64,000 bases of DNA, from assembly GCA_965235115.1 (NCBI GenBank), contig OZ249438.1, positions 22,630,001 through 22,694,000 on the forward strand, in the 5' to 3' direction. Every line of letters starts with the position of its first letter. Position 1 is the first letter of the stretch. This document shows positions 26,172 through 38,722 of the stretch, in pieces. The notes under the pieces were generated by a model. It searched no databases and was not told the DNA's origin. It saw only the letters and a list, made by a program, of their open reading frames with translations. The DNA is from Laetmonice hystrix (taxonomy: Eukaryota). The translations under genes were made by a program, and so were the position numbers.

Positions 26172-29167
26172 GCCTTACTTGTCGTTTAGTATTTTTTTCA
26201 TATACAGTAGACCCTTCGTCCTTGTATATGTGCAGACATGATAACGATGGCCACATATAGACAAACAAATAAAAAGGAGCTATATGTTTACATATAAATA
26301 CACATCTGTGTGAGTCCATATCTATATACAATTAACACCTATATCTGGCGTCCCATCCGCTCAGCCAAATACACAGTACAGTGTATGTTTGGACGCATCC
26401 ATTATGGATCCACATATACATATACGTACATATATACATATATGCACGATTATAGATTGGTAGCTTAGACCCACAAGGTATAGGGAAGGCATATACGCCG
26501 CGGCATCATTTAAATTCTGGTACTCCTTTGCCCTCTCCCACACTATCAGGGTCACCCGGAGAGTGAGCCAACAACTACTTTACATAAACCAACAAAAAAA
26601 TGTACACAAGTTGGCAGCCCCTGATATTTACATTCCAGCATCACAGGCCCGCCCTAGATGGAAATTACATAATCCACTCAGTGGCGTATCTCTCGGAAAT
26701 ACAAAACACATAAATACCACATAAATACCACATGCTCCGTGAATACTGCTCACGGAAAATGAAAAGAACCATAGTGTTTCTCCTTCGGATGAACAATGAA
26801 AGAGAATCAATAAGAAAACGTTGCCAAAGACAGTAGCAGCACTTTCAAAGAGGCATTTAATGATTTATGGTTGACTTTATCATCGATGATTCCTTCCTGC
26901 TCTGCAAGTCGCCGCTATTGTTATGGGACGTGATGATTATTTTTATTTTGACTAATTACAAGGGGGCGTGAGAGGAAGAATAATATCTAATTTGCTGACT
27001 AATGACTTCAACAAGGTCTCGCCAAGTTTTTGTCCTCGGTATGGTGAGGTCGTATTAGTAACTATTCATATTATAATTTGATAGCAAACGTTTGTGACAT
27101 TAAAGGCCAAATCCACTACTCCTACGTAGATGGCCGTTTGATGAGTGGAAGGGTACCGTATTAAAGCATTTTCTAAGCATATACCGTATTATAATCGGTG
27201 ACTACACTGTTTTCTAACCTTTATCAGAATTTAAACTAAGAGTTGAGTTCTCGGCAGGAGAGACGGACCTAAGTAGGTCAAGATATGACCTTGGTATGAG
27301 GAAAGAGGACAGTGACCTTGACCGGAGATGGACCCTGGGTGATCCCCGCCAGGTGGACACAACAATACAATGATGCCGTAATGATCACGACAATACATTA
27401 TGGATGCGGGCAAGCTTTAAATACGGGGCCCTGCACTTTGGCGGTTTAACGAATGACCTGATGGTCTGAAACAAAATGTACTCGACAACGGGACCCTTTG
27501 ACAGGTCATCAGTCTGGCAGCGCCCAGTTGAAGGACACACGGTCTGTCTATGTTTACCATGCTCATGTTTCCTTGGGTTGACCCCATTTACTATAATGTG
27601 ATCACCGTGTAATAACTTATCCCATTCGATACCCGCTTTCAATAATAAGAAACGTGATACCCACACACGGTGACAACGCCATGTTTTAAACACTCCAGTT
27701 GTTGGGAGGAGGCGCTGCTCTTTTTGAAGTGAAGCATCTAATAACCATGTCTAATAACCTGTTCCAGGACCGGGGGGGGGGGGGGAATCTCACCAATACA
27801 ACTCTTATAATAGACTAGTTTCCATGGACTGCGAAATCATCGTAACATATCTGATCAAAATCATCTCCAAAAAAATGTTATACTCTGATATTACAACCGT
27901 GCCAACTGATGATCCTTGTACTGGTTCGGGTACACGTATATAATTAATCGTGTTTAATATCTGAGGTTTTAACATCCCTATAGGACTCCGACAGATGGGC
28001 CAAGAAACACGTTATAATGGGGCGCCCGTCACTGCCAGCTGGGTACGACTGGTTTATATGCAGACACTGTGTGTGTTCCTTCTTAAGATCCTTATCGAGG
28101 ACTACCTGTTACCGGGCATTTACAATCCTACCCCCACGCGGCAGATGCACCCCGAGTCAACAAGCCGGGCTTGTTTGAAGCGTTCAATGCAGATGACGGT
28201 ATGACCCTTGTGACCTTTGCGGGGTGGGTCCAGTTCACGTACAACTTGAGCGCTGACTCGCAGGCCTGGGGCGAGGCGGGGTGGTGGTGTGAAGGGTGGG
28301 CAATGATGGGGTGGGCAGGGGGTGATTTCAAGTAGACTAGTTAATATTTATCGAGATGACCTTAGTACCCACTAAATGCTCAAGGCATAAAATGGGGCAG
28401 AGGATTATTTATGCATGCCAGGCATATATGTCTGCGCATATGATTGGGCTGGGAGTGGAAGGGTCAATGCTTGCATTACGTCACCTGAACGATATATCAA
28501 AACTCAGTGGTATGTCGGTGTACGAAAGCAAAATGTTGCACACGTTGCGGGGTGGGCGAGGGAAGATAGCGGGAGGAGGGAAAAAACTGTGGAAAACCTA
28601 CATTCCGGTTACGTCTGCTGGTTGATCAAACGGAGCTCGATGTGACACTTGAACTTTTGCTGGTTGTTAGTGGTAGCAGTCACCGAGAGGAGCACAGGGG
28701 CCCGAGTGTCACTTCAGGAGGCAGGGGGCCAGGAATCTCCGGCCCACCGATTGACACTGACGGCCCGGGCCGGGACGGCACACGGCCGCAACGCTTACCG
28801 GGGCGGGCGGCCGGCCGTGCTAATGTGTCGGGCTGCCATTCTCCCCGGAGGCAGCGCCGAACCCTCCCGCCCGGCCCAGGCCCCAGTCCACGGCCTCGGG
28901 CTCCACCGACAAACCAACTGACTGACAAGTGGCTCATTTCGGAGGCTACACGGACACCCACTAAACAGACCTAGACAAGTGGGGAGAGCCGGCGGCGGCA
29001 CCTCGCCTGCCTGCCTGCCCGTCCGCCTGCCCGCCTTATTACGCTGCTCAGGACAGCGGAAAATGGTCGATCCGCAGGCTACCAAACTCTCGGCAGCGTT
29101 AACCTCCCTAACGGCTTCCAAGTTAGCTCCTTTAATTACCATCTCTCCACCTGTTATTGTCGACTGA

Positions 29168-29431
29168 GCTCCCCAGGCCAACCCGCCGCCGTGTTTCGGT
29201 ACACAGGGCCCAAGCGCAGGCTCCCCAGGCCAACCCGCCGCCGTGTTTCGGTATACAGGGCCCAGGCGCAGGCTCCCAAGGCCAACCCGCCGCCGTGTTT
29301 CGGTACACAGGGGCCAGGCGCAGACTCCCCAGGCCAACCCGCCGCCGTGTTTCGGTAGGCCTACACAGGGCCCAAGCGCAGGCTCCCCAGGCCAACCCGC
29401 CGCCGTGTTTCGGTACACAGGGGCCAGGCGC
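29168..29431. repeat. 52-bp GC-rich minisatellite, 5 copies
   Basis: Unit gctccccaggccaacccgccgccgtgtttcggtacacagggcccaagcgcag starts at 29168, 29220, 29272, 29324 and 29382. The fourth unit is 58 bp. Confidence 0.93.
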
Positions 29432-30410
29432 GGCTGTCGATGAGCGGCCTTTAGACTTCCTCTGTGTGCTCCACAATGTTACATACAAACTACCATCGCC
29501 TCCATGTGCCTGCCATATGTGATTGCATACAAGGCTGACATAATAGGTACCAGATACCAATCTATGTCAGCTACACCTCGGTCGTGACGTGACATTTGTG
29601 CCTCCAAGGACCACCTCAGGAAGGCAAAGTCTATGATATATGCTTCATTATTCATGTATATGTAACCGTTTTTACACGCTGTCGTTCGAGGTCTCTCCCC
29701 AGTAATAACACACACTGATGGGGGTTAATGTCAGGTATAACGAGTCACCGTCGCCTCAGGCCATTCTGCCGTACCTTTCCAACCAATCGGCAGGATTTTC
29801 TATGTCACCTGTGAACATGAACATAATGATATTATACGTGGTTACTCCAACCCCTAGTGCGCATAAAAGGGAAATAGATTATAACCATATCCATTACAGG
29901 TGCCTAGACGGCGCGTGTGACACATTTCTCGGTGTCAACCCTTTCACACGCGACCGACATGAAATAATCAAAATCTGAAACGTCGCATCATCGAGGGTTT
30001 CAGATACTTTACTTTGATAAAATAGTCGTCGGTTATAATTCTCAGTCGAGTGCTGTTCATTCTTCGTATTTATTAGGCTATCATGAATTCTTAGAACCGC
30101 CATTTTATCTTGGCTGTCTTCTGCCGACAGCCCCGCCCCGACAGGCGAGGGAGGAATGTAATGCAAATACACATTCAACCCCCTACCGACAGCCAATTCC
30201 CATGATTTAGTATATTTGTATAATTAATTGACGCAAAGCATCTAATTGGATTAACGTAATTTGCTGTATTAATAACGAGGATATTCCCTGGATTAAAAAT
30301 TCATACGAATTGACAAGGACAGAGCCAGCTGTCTGAGTGAGTGACGTACGCCTACTTGTACCGAGCCACTGTGTCGCTATTATTATTATGGATATGGGAT
30401 ATGCCGCTCT

Positions 30411-30801
30411 ATGGACTGGTCACAGAGAACGTGCCGCAATGGACCGGTCACACAAACTATTAACTGGTCACAGAGAGCATGCCACGGTGGACTGGTCACA
30501 GAGAGGTGCCGCTATTGACTGGTCACACAGAAAGTGTTGCTATAGACTGGTCACAGAAAGCCAGCGTGCCACTAGGGACTTGTCACAGAGAGCGTATACC
30601 GTTTTGGACTGGTCACACAGTGAGTGTTGCTATGGACTGGTCACAGAAAGCGTGCCACTATGCATGGACTTGTTCCAGAGAGCATGTGCCGTTTTGGACT
30701 GGTCACACAGAGAGTGTTGCTATGGACTGGTCACAGAAAGCGTGCCACTATGCACTTGTCACAGAGAGCGTGCCGTTTTGGACTGGTCACACAGAGCGTG
30801 C
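30411..30801. repeat. Degenerate minisatellite (core tggactggtcacagagag)
   Basis: More than 10 diverged copies of ggactggtcacag with variable spacers; the distal part shows a longer repeating block. Confidence 0.8.
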
Positions 30802-30884
30802 CCGCCGTGACGCTCGAAAACATGTCAATTCAGGACTTCCCAGCATTCATTGCTAGTCATGAGTCCGCCATGGTCCTTACTGTT

Positions 30885-32110
30885 GAACCTCTACTGTTAT
30901 ATTCCCTTCCCCTCCATTACTGTTCAACTTATACTGTTATATATCCCTTGCCCTCCCTTACTGTTCAACCTCTACTGTTATATCTCCCTTGCCCTCCCTT
31001 ACTGTTCAACCTCTACTGTTATATCTCCCTTGCCCTCCCTTACTGTTCAACCTCTACTGTTATATCTCCCTTGCCCTCCCTTACTGTTCAACCTCTAAGG
31101 TAATATCTCCCTTGTACTCCCTTACTGTTCAACCTCTACTGTTATATCTCCCTTGTACTCCTTTACTGTTCAACCTCTACTGTTATATCTCCCTTCGCTC
31201 CCTTACTGTTCAACCTCTACTGTTATATCTCCCTTCCCCTCCTTTACTGTTCAACCTCTACTGTTATATCTCCCTTCGCTCCCTTACTGTTCAACCTCTA
31301 AGGTAATATCTCCCTTGTACTCCCTTACTGTTCAACCTCTACTGTTATATCTCCCTTGTACTCCTTTACTGTTCAACCTCTACTGTTATATCTCCCTTCG
31401 CTCCCTTACTGTTCAACCTCTACTGTTATATCTCCCTTCCCCTCCTTTACTGTTCAACCTCTACTGTTATATCTCCCTTCGCTCCCTTACTGTTCAACCT
31501 CTACTGTTATATCTCCCTTGTACTCCCTTACTGTTCAACCTCTACTGTTATATCTCCCTTGTACTCCCTTACCGTTCAACCTCTACTGTTATATCTCCTT
31601 TGCCCTCCCGTACTGTTCAACCTCTACTGTTATATCTCCCTTGTACTCCCTTACTGTTTAGCCTCTACTGTTATATCTCCTTTGCCCTCCCGTACTGTTC
31701 AACCTCTACTGTTATATCTCCCTTGCCCTCCCTTACTGTTCAACCTCTACTGTTATATCTCCCTTGCCCTCCCTAACTGTTCAACCTCTACTGTTATATC
31801 TCCCTTCGCTCCCTTACTGTTCAACCTCTACTGTTATATCTCCCTTGCCCTCCGTTACTGTTTAACCTCTACTGTTATATCTCCTTTGCCCTCCCTTACT
31901 GTTCAACCTCTACTGTTATATCTCCCTTGCCCTCCGTTACTGTTTAACCTCTACTGTTATATCTCCCTTGCCCTCCCTTACTGTTCAACCTCTACTGTTA
32001 TATCTCCCTTCGCTCCCTTACTGTTCAACCTCTACATTTGTACTGTTATATCTCCCCCTTACTGTTCAACCTACTGTTATATCCCCCTTACTGTTCAACC
32101 TCTACTGTTA
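30885..32110. repeat. 41-bp pyrimidine-rich minisatellite, about 30 copies
   Basis: Unit cccttactgttcaacctctactgttatatctcccttgccct, degenerating at the right end. Confidence 0.96.
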
Positions 32111-32789
32111 TTATCTCTCTTTCCCTCTATGTCGAGTACAGTACACTTTCTTAGTAGGTTTAAACACATGCACAACTAGAGCTATTTTCAAATTGCTAAT
32201 TAATCAATTCCGTTATACGCGTGTATTCCTTTTGCCCATGATGTGCCAACATCCGCCATGCAGCCTACTTTTATATTTGTTTACTACCAGTATATGTGTA
32301 TAGTTTATTTATGTTTACTACCAGTATATTGTAGTGGTATTCTTATATACCACTGGTGGCGATCAACGTGAAGGATACAGACAGAAAACGGATGTGGGTC
32401 GATAGGAACACATATATCAGTGGACGACCAATAGGGGTGGGTGCAGCATGCAGTTTCAGTTCCAACAATACAATTGTTTTATCACGGTTTCATATCTGGT
32501 CACAAGTGTCCGCGTACAGTGTCAACCAACTGATCCATAGGCGTGGAACATACAGGCATTATACACTAGTGGTTGTTGGTGACCTATCATTATGTAATAC
32601 GAGGCAGCCTGTCATCATAAGGTTGGGAGCTCTCACATCTGGCCGGACGGTTACATGTTCGGAGCTCCTATACAATTACATACACAGTGAAACCTGATAT
32701 TAATCCTTCTCAGGTTACACTTATCTATGTTATCATTCATCTTCTCAAACATCGGGGTACACTATAGATACGGAGCTTTTGTTACTTCT

Positions 32790-33295
32790 CTGAGCGCCTT
32801 GTAACACGGCTTGGCCATGTGGAGGCGGCCAGGGTCGACCCTGTACGCCGACCGACCGCTGTCTGAGCGCCTTGTAACACGGCTTGGCCATGCAGTGTGG
32901 AGGCGGCCAGGGTCGACCCTGTACGCCGACCGACCGCTGTCTGAGCGCCTTGTAACACGGCTGTACGCCGACCGACCGCTGTCTGAGCGCCTTGTAACAC
33001 GGCTTGGCCATGCAGTGTGGAGGCGGCCAGGGTCGACCCTGTACGCCGACCGACCGCTGTCTGAGCGCCTTGTAACACGGCTTGGCCATGCAGTGTGGAG
33101 GCGGCCAGGGTCGACCCTGTACGCCGACCGACCGCTGTCTGAGCGCCTTGTAACACGGCTTGGCCATGCAGTGTGGAGGCGGCCAGGGTCGACCCTGTAC
33201 GCCGACCGACCGCTGTCTGAGCGCCTTGTAACACGGCTTGGCCATGCAGTGTGGAGGCGGCCAGGGTCGACCCTGTACGCCGACCGACCGCTGTC
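32790..33295 (-). repeat. 78-bp minisatellite (7 units) resembling a degenerate tRNA-Leu on the minus strand
   Basis: Units start at 32790 (73 bp), 32863, 32941 (42 bp), 32983, 33061, 33139 and 33217. Minus strand reads ATGGCCAAGCCGTGTTACAAGGCGCTCAGACAGCGGTCGGTCGGCGTACAGGGTCGACCCTG. The repeat is certain; the tRNA origin is an inference. Confidence 0.9.
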
Positions 33296-34307
33296 GAGGT
33301 GCATGTCGACGAGACACGAGTCAGTCTATCTGGCCAGTTAACACGGCCGTCCCTGAGCTTGGAGTCATCATCCATGCTCACCTGGGTCGCATTAGTCACA
33401 TATTTTGTCACTCCATCTTCTTAATTAATAAACGATTGAACGCCAGAGCGCGTCAATTGTCTTGAAGGCGATATAAATGCGCCCCGTCCTCCTCCCTTGC
33501 TGCATGACTGAGGTAGCCCCCATATAAACGGTCGGCGCTCTCTGATCGTACCAGAAGCCATGTTGACGTTTTTTTTTATAACCACCGGGCCTTGCCCAGG
33601 GTTGGCTTGTTAAAGGTGACAGTAGATACAAGGCGTTCACGTCGACTTGTCAACCACAAACCACGGCTGGCTCGGCCGGCACAGAATGAAGCAAGCCCTG
33701 GCGACATGATTTCAAACACCTTTTAAAACACTGGCAGACGTTCTAGGGTTTAGGATCGATAAGAGTGGGTGATAAAGATGAGACAGCGAAGATTGTGGGT
33801 GAAGGGGGAGAGGTGTGTAAGGTAGTGGGAGGATGGGGGACAGGGAGGACCCGTTCACAGTCGGACTGGTCGCGACAATGTCTGTCACCTTGGTTTGACA
33901 GAGCTAGTCGTGATAAACAATCCACCAGGCTCGACGCTTTGTCCAACACCATTTCAGCTCTCCGTTTGCACAATTCACCATTTTTTCCCACTAAAGTAGA
34001 ACGATTATTGTACTTCTGAAGTGATCTGGAAATATGTGCTATTTTGCATTTCCCTTCGAATATAATGTATACGCCAGAGACCAATTTCTACCCTCGCTGA
34101 CCCATGCACATAAATGTACTATACAGCTTGTATCTCAGGGGAAGACTGCTATGTAAATATAGAATGAAAAACAAAAATTAACACCAATGCCATTTCCAAG
34201 AGACACCCCGTTAAACACTCACCTTGATAATCGGTATACATGCATAAATTGACCTGCAACAATGAAACCGATGAATTTGACCTTCACATCAACCGATCAA
34301 CACTCGA

Positions 34308-34987
34308 TGATTTGTGTGCACCCTCGGTGATACACGTATCCCCTTATAATAATACTATACACGGTGCACATGATCTGCGTGCACCCTCGGTGACACACGT
34401 ATCCCCTTATAATAATACTATAACAAGGTACACATGATCTGTGTGCACCCTCAGTGATACACGTATCCCCTTATAATAATACTATACACGGTGCACATGA
34501 TGTGTGCACCCTCGTTGATACACGTATCCCCTTATAATAATACTATAACAAGGTACACATGATCTGTGTGCACCCTCAGTGATACACGTATCCCCTTATA
34601 ATAATACTATAACAAGGTTCACATGATCTGTGTGCACCCTCAGTGATACACGTATCCCCTTATAATAATACTATACACGGTGCACATGATGTGTGCACCC
34701 TCGTTGATACACGTATCCCCTTATAATAATACTATAACAAGGTACACATGATCTGTGTGCACCCTCAGTGATACACGTATCCCCTTATAATAATACTATA
34801 ACAAGGTACACATGATCTGTGTGCACCCTCAGTGATACACGTATCCCCTTATAATAATACTATACACGGTGCACGTGATGTGTGCACCCTCGTTGATACA
34901 CGTATCCCCTTATAATAATACTATAACAAGGTACACATGGTCTGTGTGCACCCTCGGTGATACACGTATCCCCTTATAATAATACTA
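34308..34987. repeat. 61-64-bp minisatellite, about 11 copies, with a trimeric higher-order pattern
   Basis: Unit gatctgtgtgcaccctcagtgatacacgtatccccttataataatactataacaaggtacacat. Two end variants occur in the order B A B A A B A A B A. Confidence 0.95.
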
Positions 34988-37118
34988 ATAATTGTTAACA
35001 TGGAGTTATAGGCTGCGCGCCAACACGCTATAGGCCAGCTTGGCGCTGACAGGCAGCCGTGGCTAGATGCTTGGGGTGACGCCAGGTGACAGTGCCACTT
35101 CTAAGACATGTCTCGTGGCTAGCCCCACCGAGCGATCAATGCCATGTCCTACCTCAGCCTCATGACTGCCTGGCTTTAGCACGGGAGACCCCCATCAATT
35201 ATTCAAAGCCACGCTGATATGAACCTTCATACCAGGGCACACGGGGGCACAGAGAGCCGTCACAAAATTAAGACATCACTCAAAAGCACCGGGTACAAGT
35301 TCTAAAAATCCTTTATTTATAATTTCGAGAGGTTGACATTTCATCAGCTTGCAGTGAAATATCTATTGTTCGACATAGAGGATGCAAGCAAATGAACACA
35401 GGTATGTTGCTTAACTTAACCTTAATATGCTACAGCATTAATCATTCAAAGTACACTTAGAGAACTTGCCTGAGAGGATTTTTCCCCCATCCAATCCCAA
35501 ATACAGTCATATTTCACATTACAGAATATGTAGGCATTGAGTATTTTGGCATCGGAAAAAAATAAAATAAATCGGGTAATTCAAAATATGACACGTGATA
35601 AAGAAACGCATGATATAGCAACAAGATCATTCTTTCGACAACAATGCATTCTGATGACGTCACACATGCATGTGTGTTGCGCACTATTTATTGTATCCAC
35701 TATGTCTGTTGATATAGTCAGAATGTCTTAACGAACTGTTCAGTTTGAGTTAGGCCAAACCTTTAACATAGAGATGTATATATACATGTACATGCACAAC
35801 ACCATACAATGGGCGTCACTAGGATCACCATTGTACAAATAACGACAAATGAGCCCACCCCCACATGAAACATACATACTCCGTCCTTGCGCTAAAAACA
35901 TTGGATGAATAATTATAATTATAAATGAATGAAATCGATGAATGAAGCACCATCATGATCTGTCTTTTTGTTCCTCTGATTTGAAAGGGGCGAACTTATG
36001 TACACCCACCCCGTGTTAGACACTTCCTTCTAATTATGAGAACATTTTGTAGGGCTATATTATTGAGAATTCCAAATATGGCTTTTTTAAAGGCTCAAAT
36101 GCCTCTACTTCTACACGGATGCGACACTGGGTTGTTCTAGGTCAATATACCATTGTATAGTATAAACACTACATTCTCAATGCCCAAATAGTATAGCCTG
36201 ATATACACATGGCCTACTAGATTTGCAAAACGGAAATTTCTTTTCCCCTAAAACACATAATGTTTCTCCGAGCACAATAAGATGCCCTGCTGAGATACGC
36301 TTTCGAATATTTATACACTTTTAACATGGCTTGAGTATCTAGATTATACCTCTAACACTGAAGGTATTGCACTGAAATCATCTAAAGTAACTTGTTGAGA
36401 GATAAGGTGATAAAGAGGTATATATTAAGATAGCATTAGTCAACTTGATGAGAAAGTCATAAAAGGTTTGTGTCCTTACGCATGCTGACGAGGCCGGTGC
36501 TGTACGTGGAAGCTGAGCGCCCATGCCTGGTGTCACCTTTCTAACGCCAGCCAGCCGGGGTCACGTATGTATTTCACACTGACCTTTAAACACACACACA
36601 CACAAAAGGTTTGTGGCCAGAATCAGTCCTAATTGTTTCTCCACAGCACTGGGCGAGAATCACATGACCGAATATTTTTTTGTCAACGCGGCATGCCAAG
36701 TAAGCTGTGCACGTGATACATTGTACAGTAGTATAAGGGGTGTGACAAACACCCGACTGATCCATGCTAGAGTTGTGAGGCAGGTCGTCAACTGGGTCGG
36801 ACCGAGTCCGGGCAGGGGGGCACTGTGTAGGAGTACGGCCGGGGGGTTGCCCCCCGACCCCCTCCGTGTGAACTGGCCGGCTGTCCACCCCCGGAACATC
36901 CCCAGCGTTCCCACTGTCAGCGTCTTCCAAGGTCCGGACCCATAGATCACCAGTAAACTAGCACTCGAGCCTTCAGTGGATCTCCCTGACCATGCACGAG
37001 GCGACAGGCGAGGGTGTCGTGTAGTGTCAGATATGTTACAGATTGGGGAATGTGAGAGAGGAAGCGGGCAGGGGTACGAGTTAGGAGTTCAGTGATCACG
37101 TAAAGAGAAAACCCATCT

Positions 37119-37356
37119 ATTAACTGTTGGCCTGCATGGCAGTAAGAGTCCAGAGATTGCATTAACTGTTGGCCTGCATGGCAGTAAGAGTCCAGAGGTT
37201 GCATTAACTGTTGGCCTGCATGGCAGTAAGAGTCCAGAGATTGCATTAACTGTTGGCCTGCATGGCAGTAAGAGTCCAGAGGTTGCATTAACTGTTGGCC
37301 TGCATGGCAGTAAGAGTCCAGAGATTGCATTAACTGTTGGCCTGCATGGCAGTAAG
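37119..37356. repeat. 42-bp minisatellite, about 5.7 copies
   Basis: Unit attaactgttggcctgcatggcagtaagagtccagag(a/g)ttgc, with the A/G variant strictly alternating. Confidence 0.95.
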
Positions 37357-38376
37357 GGTCGAGGATCTGTGTGAGAGTTGATGTAGATTAACCTGCCGAT
37401 CAAGGAAGTCTGTCATTTACAATGACGTCCATACACCCCATGAAAACCTTTCCAGCAAGGTACAGATGTGGCCACAGGTGTTGGTAGATGATTATTACCA
37501 TCATCGTTTTCTTCATCAATGTGATGACTGAGTTGAGGATGATGATACGGTCACTGTGTTGGACTGCCTTCATCTCAATAATCATTAAGTCCTCTAGCCG
37601 CTGGTATACGTGTGGTGCGGGAATAAAAGAAAATAAAAGAAAGAAAATGGGGACAAAGTCATAATATACAGTGGCAATGCGTCATTCGGCAGTCGCTGTA
37701 ATGTCTACAGCACGGTCATAACAATTATACATAAATAAGAAACAATGTTTTGTTTGTCTTTCTTTGTTGTTCTTGTTTTCAGGCTTTGCCATCGAGCGCA
37801 AACATAACTCGTGTAAGTTATATTGTTGGTGGTGGTATTGGTGGTGGTGGCGAGTGTCCACTGCAGGTCCACATTCTTCAAATCGCACATCAGATAAGCA
37901 CACCCAACTGCTGTTAGATGTTAGCAGGCCGAGTGAAACCCAACTTTTGGACAGTTCAAGCCTTGCAGAATTTGCTGCATGGCTGGTGACGGGCATGACG
38001 GTGGATGCCTGACTTGGTGCCCGGGGTCGGGGGACAGTACGGGCGGCAGGCGGACACAGCGAGACCAGTAGGCCTGTCACTGATTGCCATCCAACCATCG
38101 ATCAAGCCACCGTCCAAATCAGCCCTCATGCATTGATTGCAGCGATACAAGTCCTTAACGCTTGCATTACAACTGCGCCCCTCCATCGTTAAGATGACCC
38201 CCGAGAATGCGTGTTTATAAGTTACAGAGAAACCGGGTAGTTTCTTCTGGTGTCAACTGGTGGTGGTTGAGGGGGTGGGGGCGAGGGCTGGGACTGATGG
38301 GACTGATCGACTGCCTGACTGACTGGCGTATATATTATTATATATAAGTGAAGATGTGCGCCGATGGCTGAGACTA

Positions 38377-38722
38377 TCACAAGCTCTGGTAGTCGGCAAG
38401 CATTCCGCCGACATCGTTGTTGTTGACGTTGGTGTGGCCGGGCGGGCCGCCTCCCCCGCCGTGCGCCGAGAGTAGCCCGGGCATCAGATTGTTCGTCGGC
38501 AGAGAGGACGGCTTCTGCAGTTCAGTGAACATGCCCTGCGAGTGAGGCGGTGTATCGGGTAGTTTGGGTGTGGTCACTCCGGTTTGACCGTTAATTTCCA
38601 TGTCGAGATCCATATCGGGTGAATCGGGTGGTTCCTGTTTGGTGGTTTCCCCGTCCAGTGAGCCCCCGCCCCCGCCGCCACTGCTGTCATTAGCCGTCTG
38701 CTGTTGTGAGCCCGTGTTGTCG
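38377..38722 (-). CDS. Six1/2: Six1/2 (sine oculis) exon 2, low-complexity C-terminal region ending GGMLADYQSL*
   Basis: Minus-strand acceptor ttacgttttcacttgcag|C ends at 38723. Phase 2 matches the exon 1 donor (GA|C = Asp). 346 nt of open frame to TGA at 38379-38377; Gly/Pro/Ser-rich, as is usual for a transcription-factor tail. Confidence 0.85.

Noticed and set aside
33743-34084. GIY-YIG-like start (SGVYII) in a 113-aa ORF
   Set aside because: No second YIG motif or conserved Arg/Glu.
1245-37403. Other repetitive ORFs (1245-1794, 15617-17266, 25654-26127, 28795-29560, 30337-32303, 32745-33465, 36947-37403)
   Set aside because: Each coincides with a tandem array and is open in several frames or on both strands; no protein family is recognisable.
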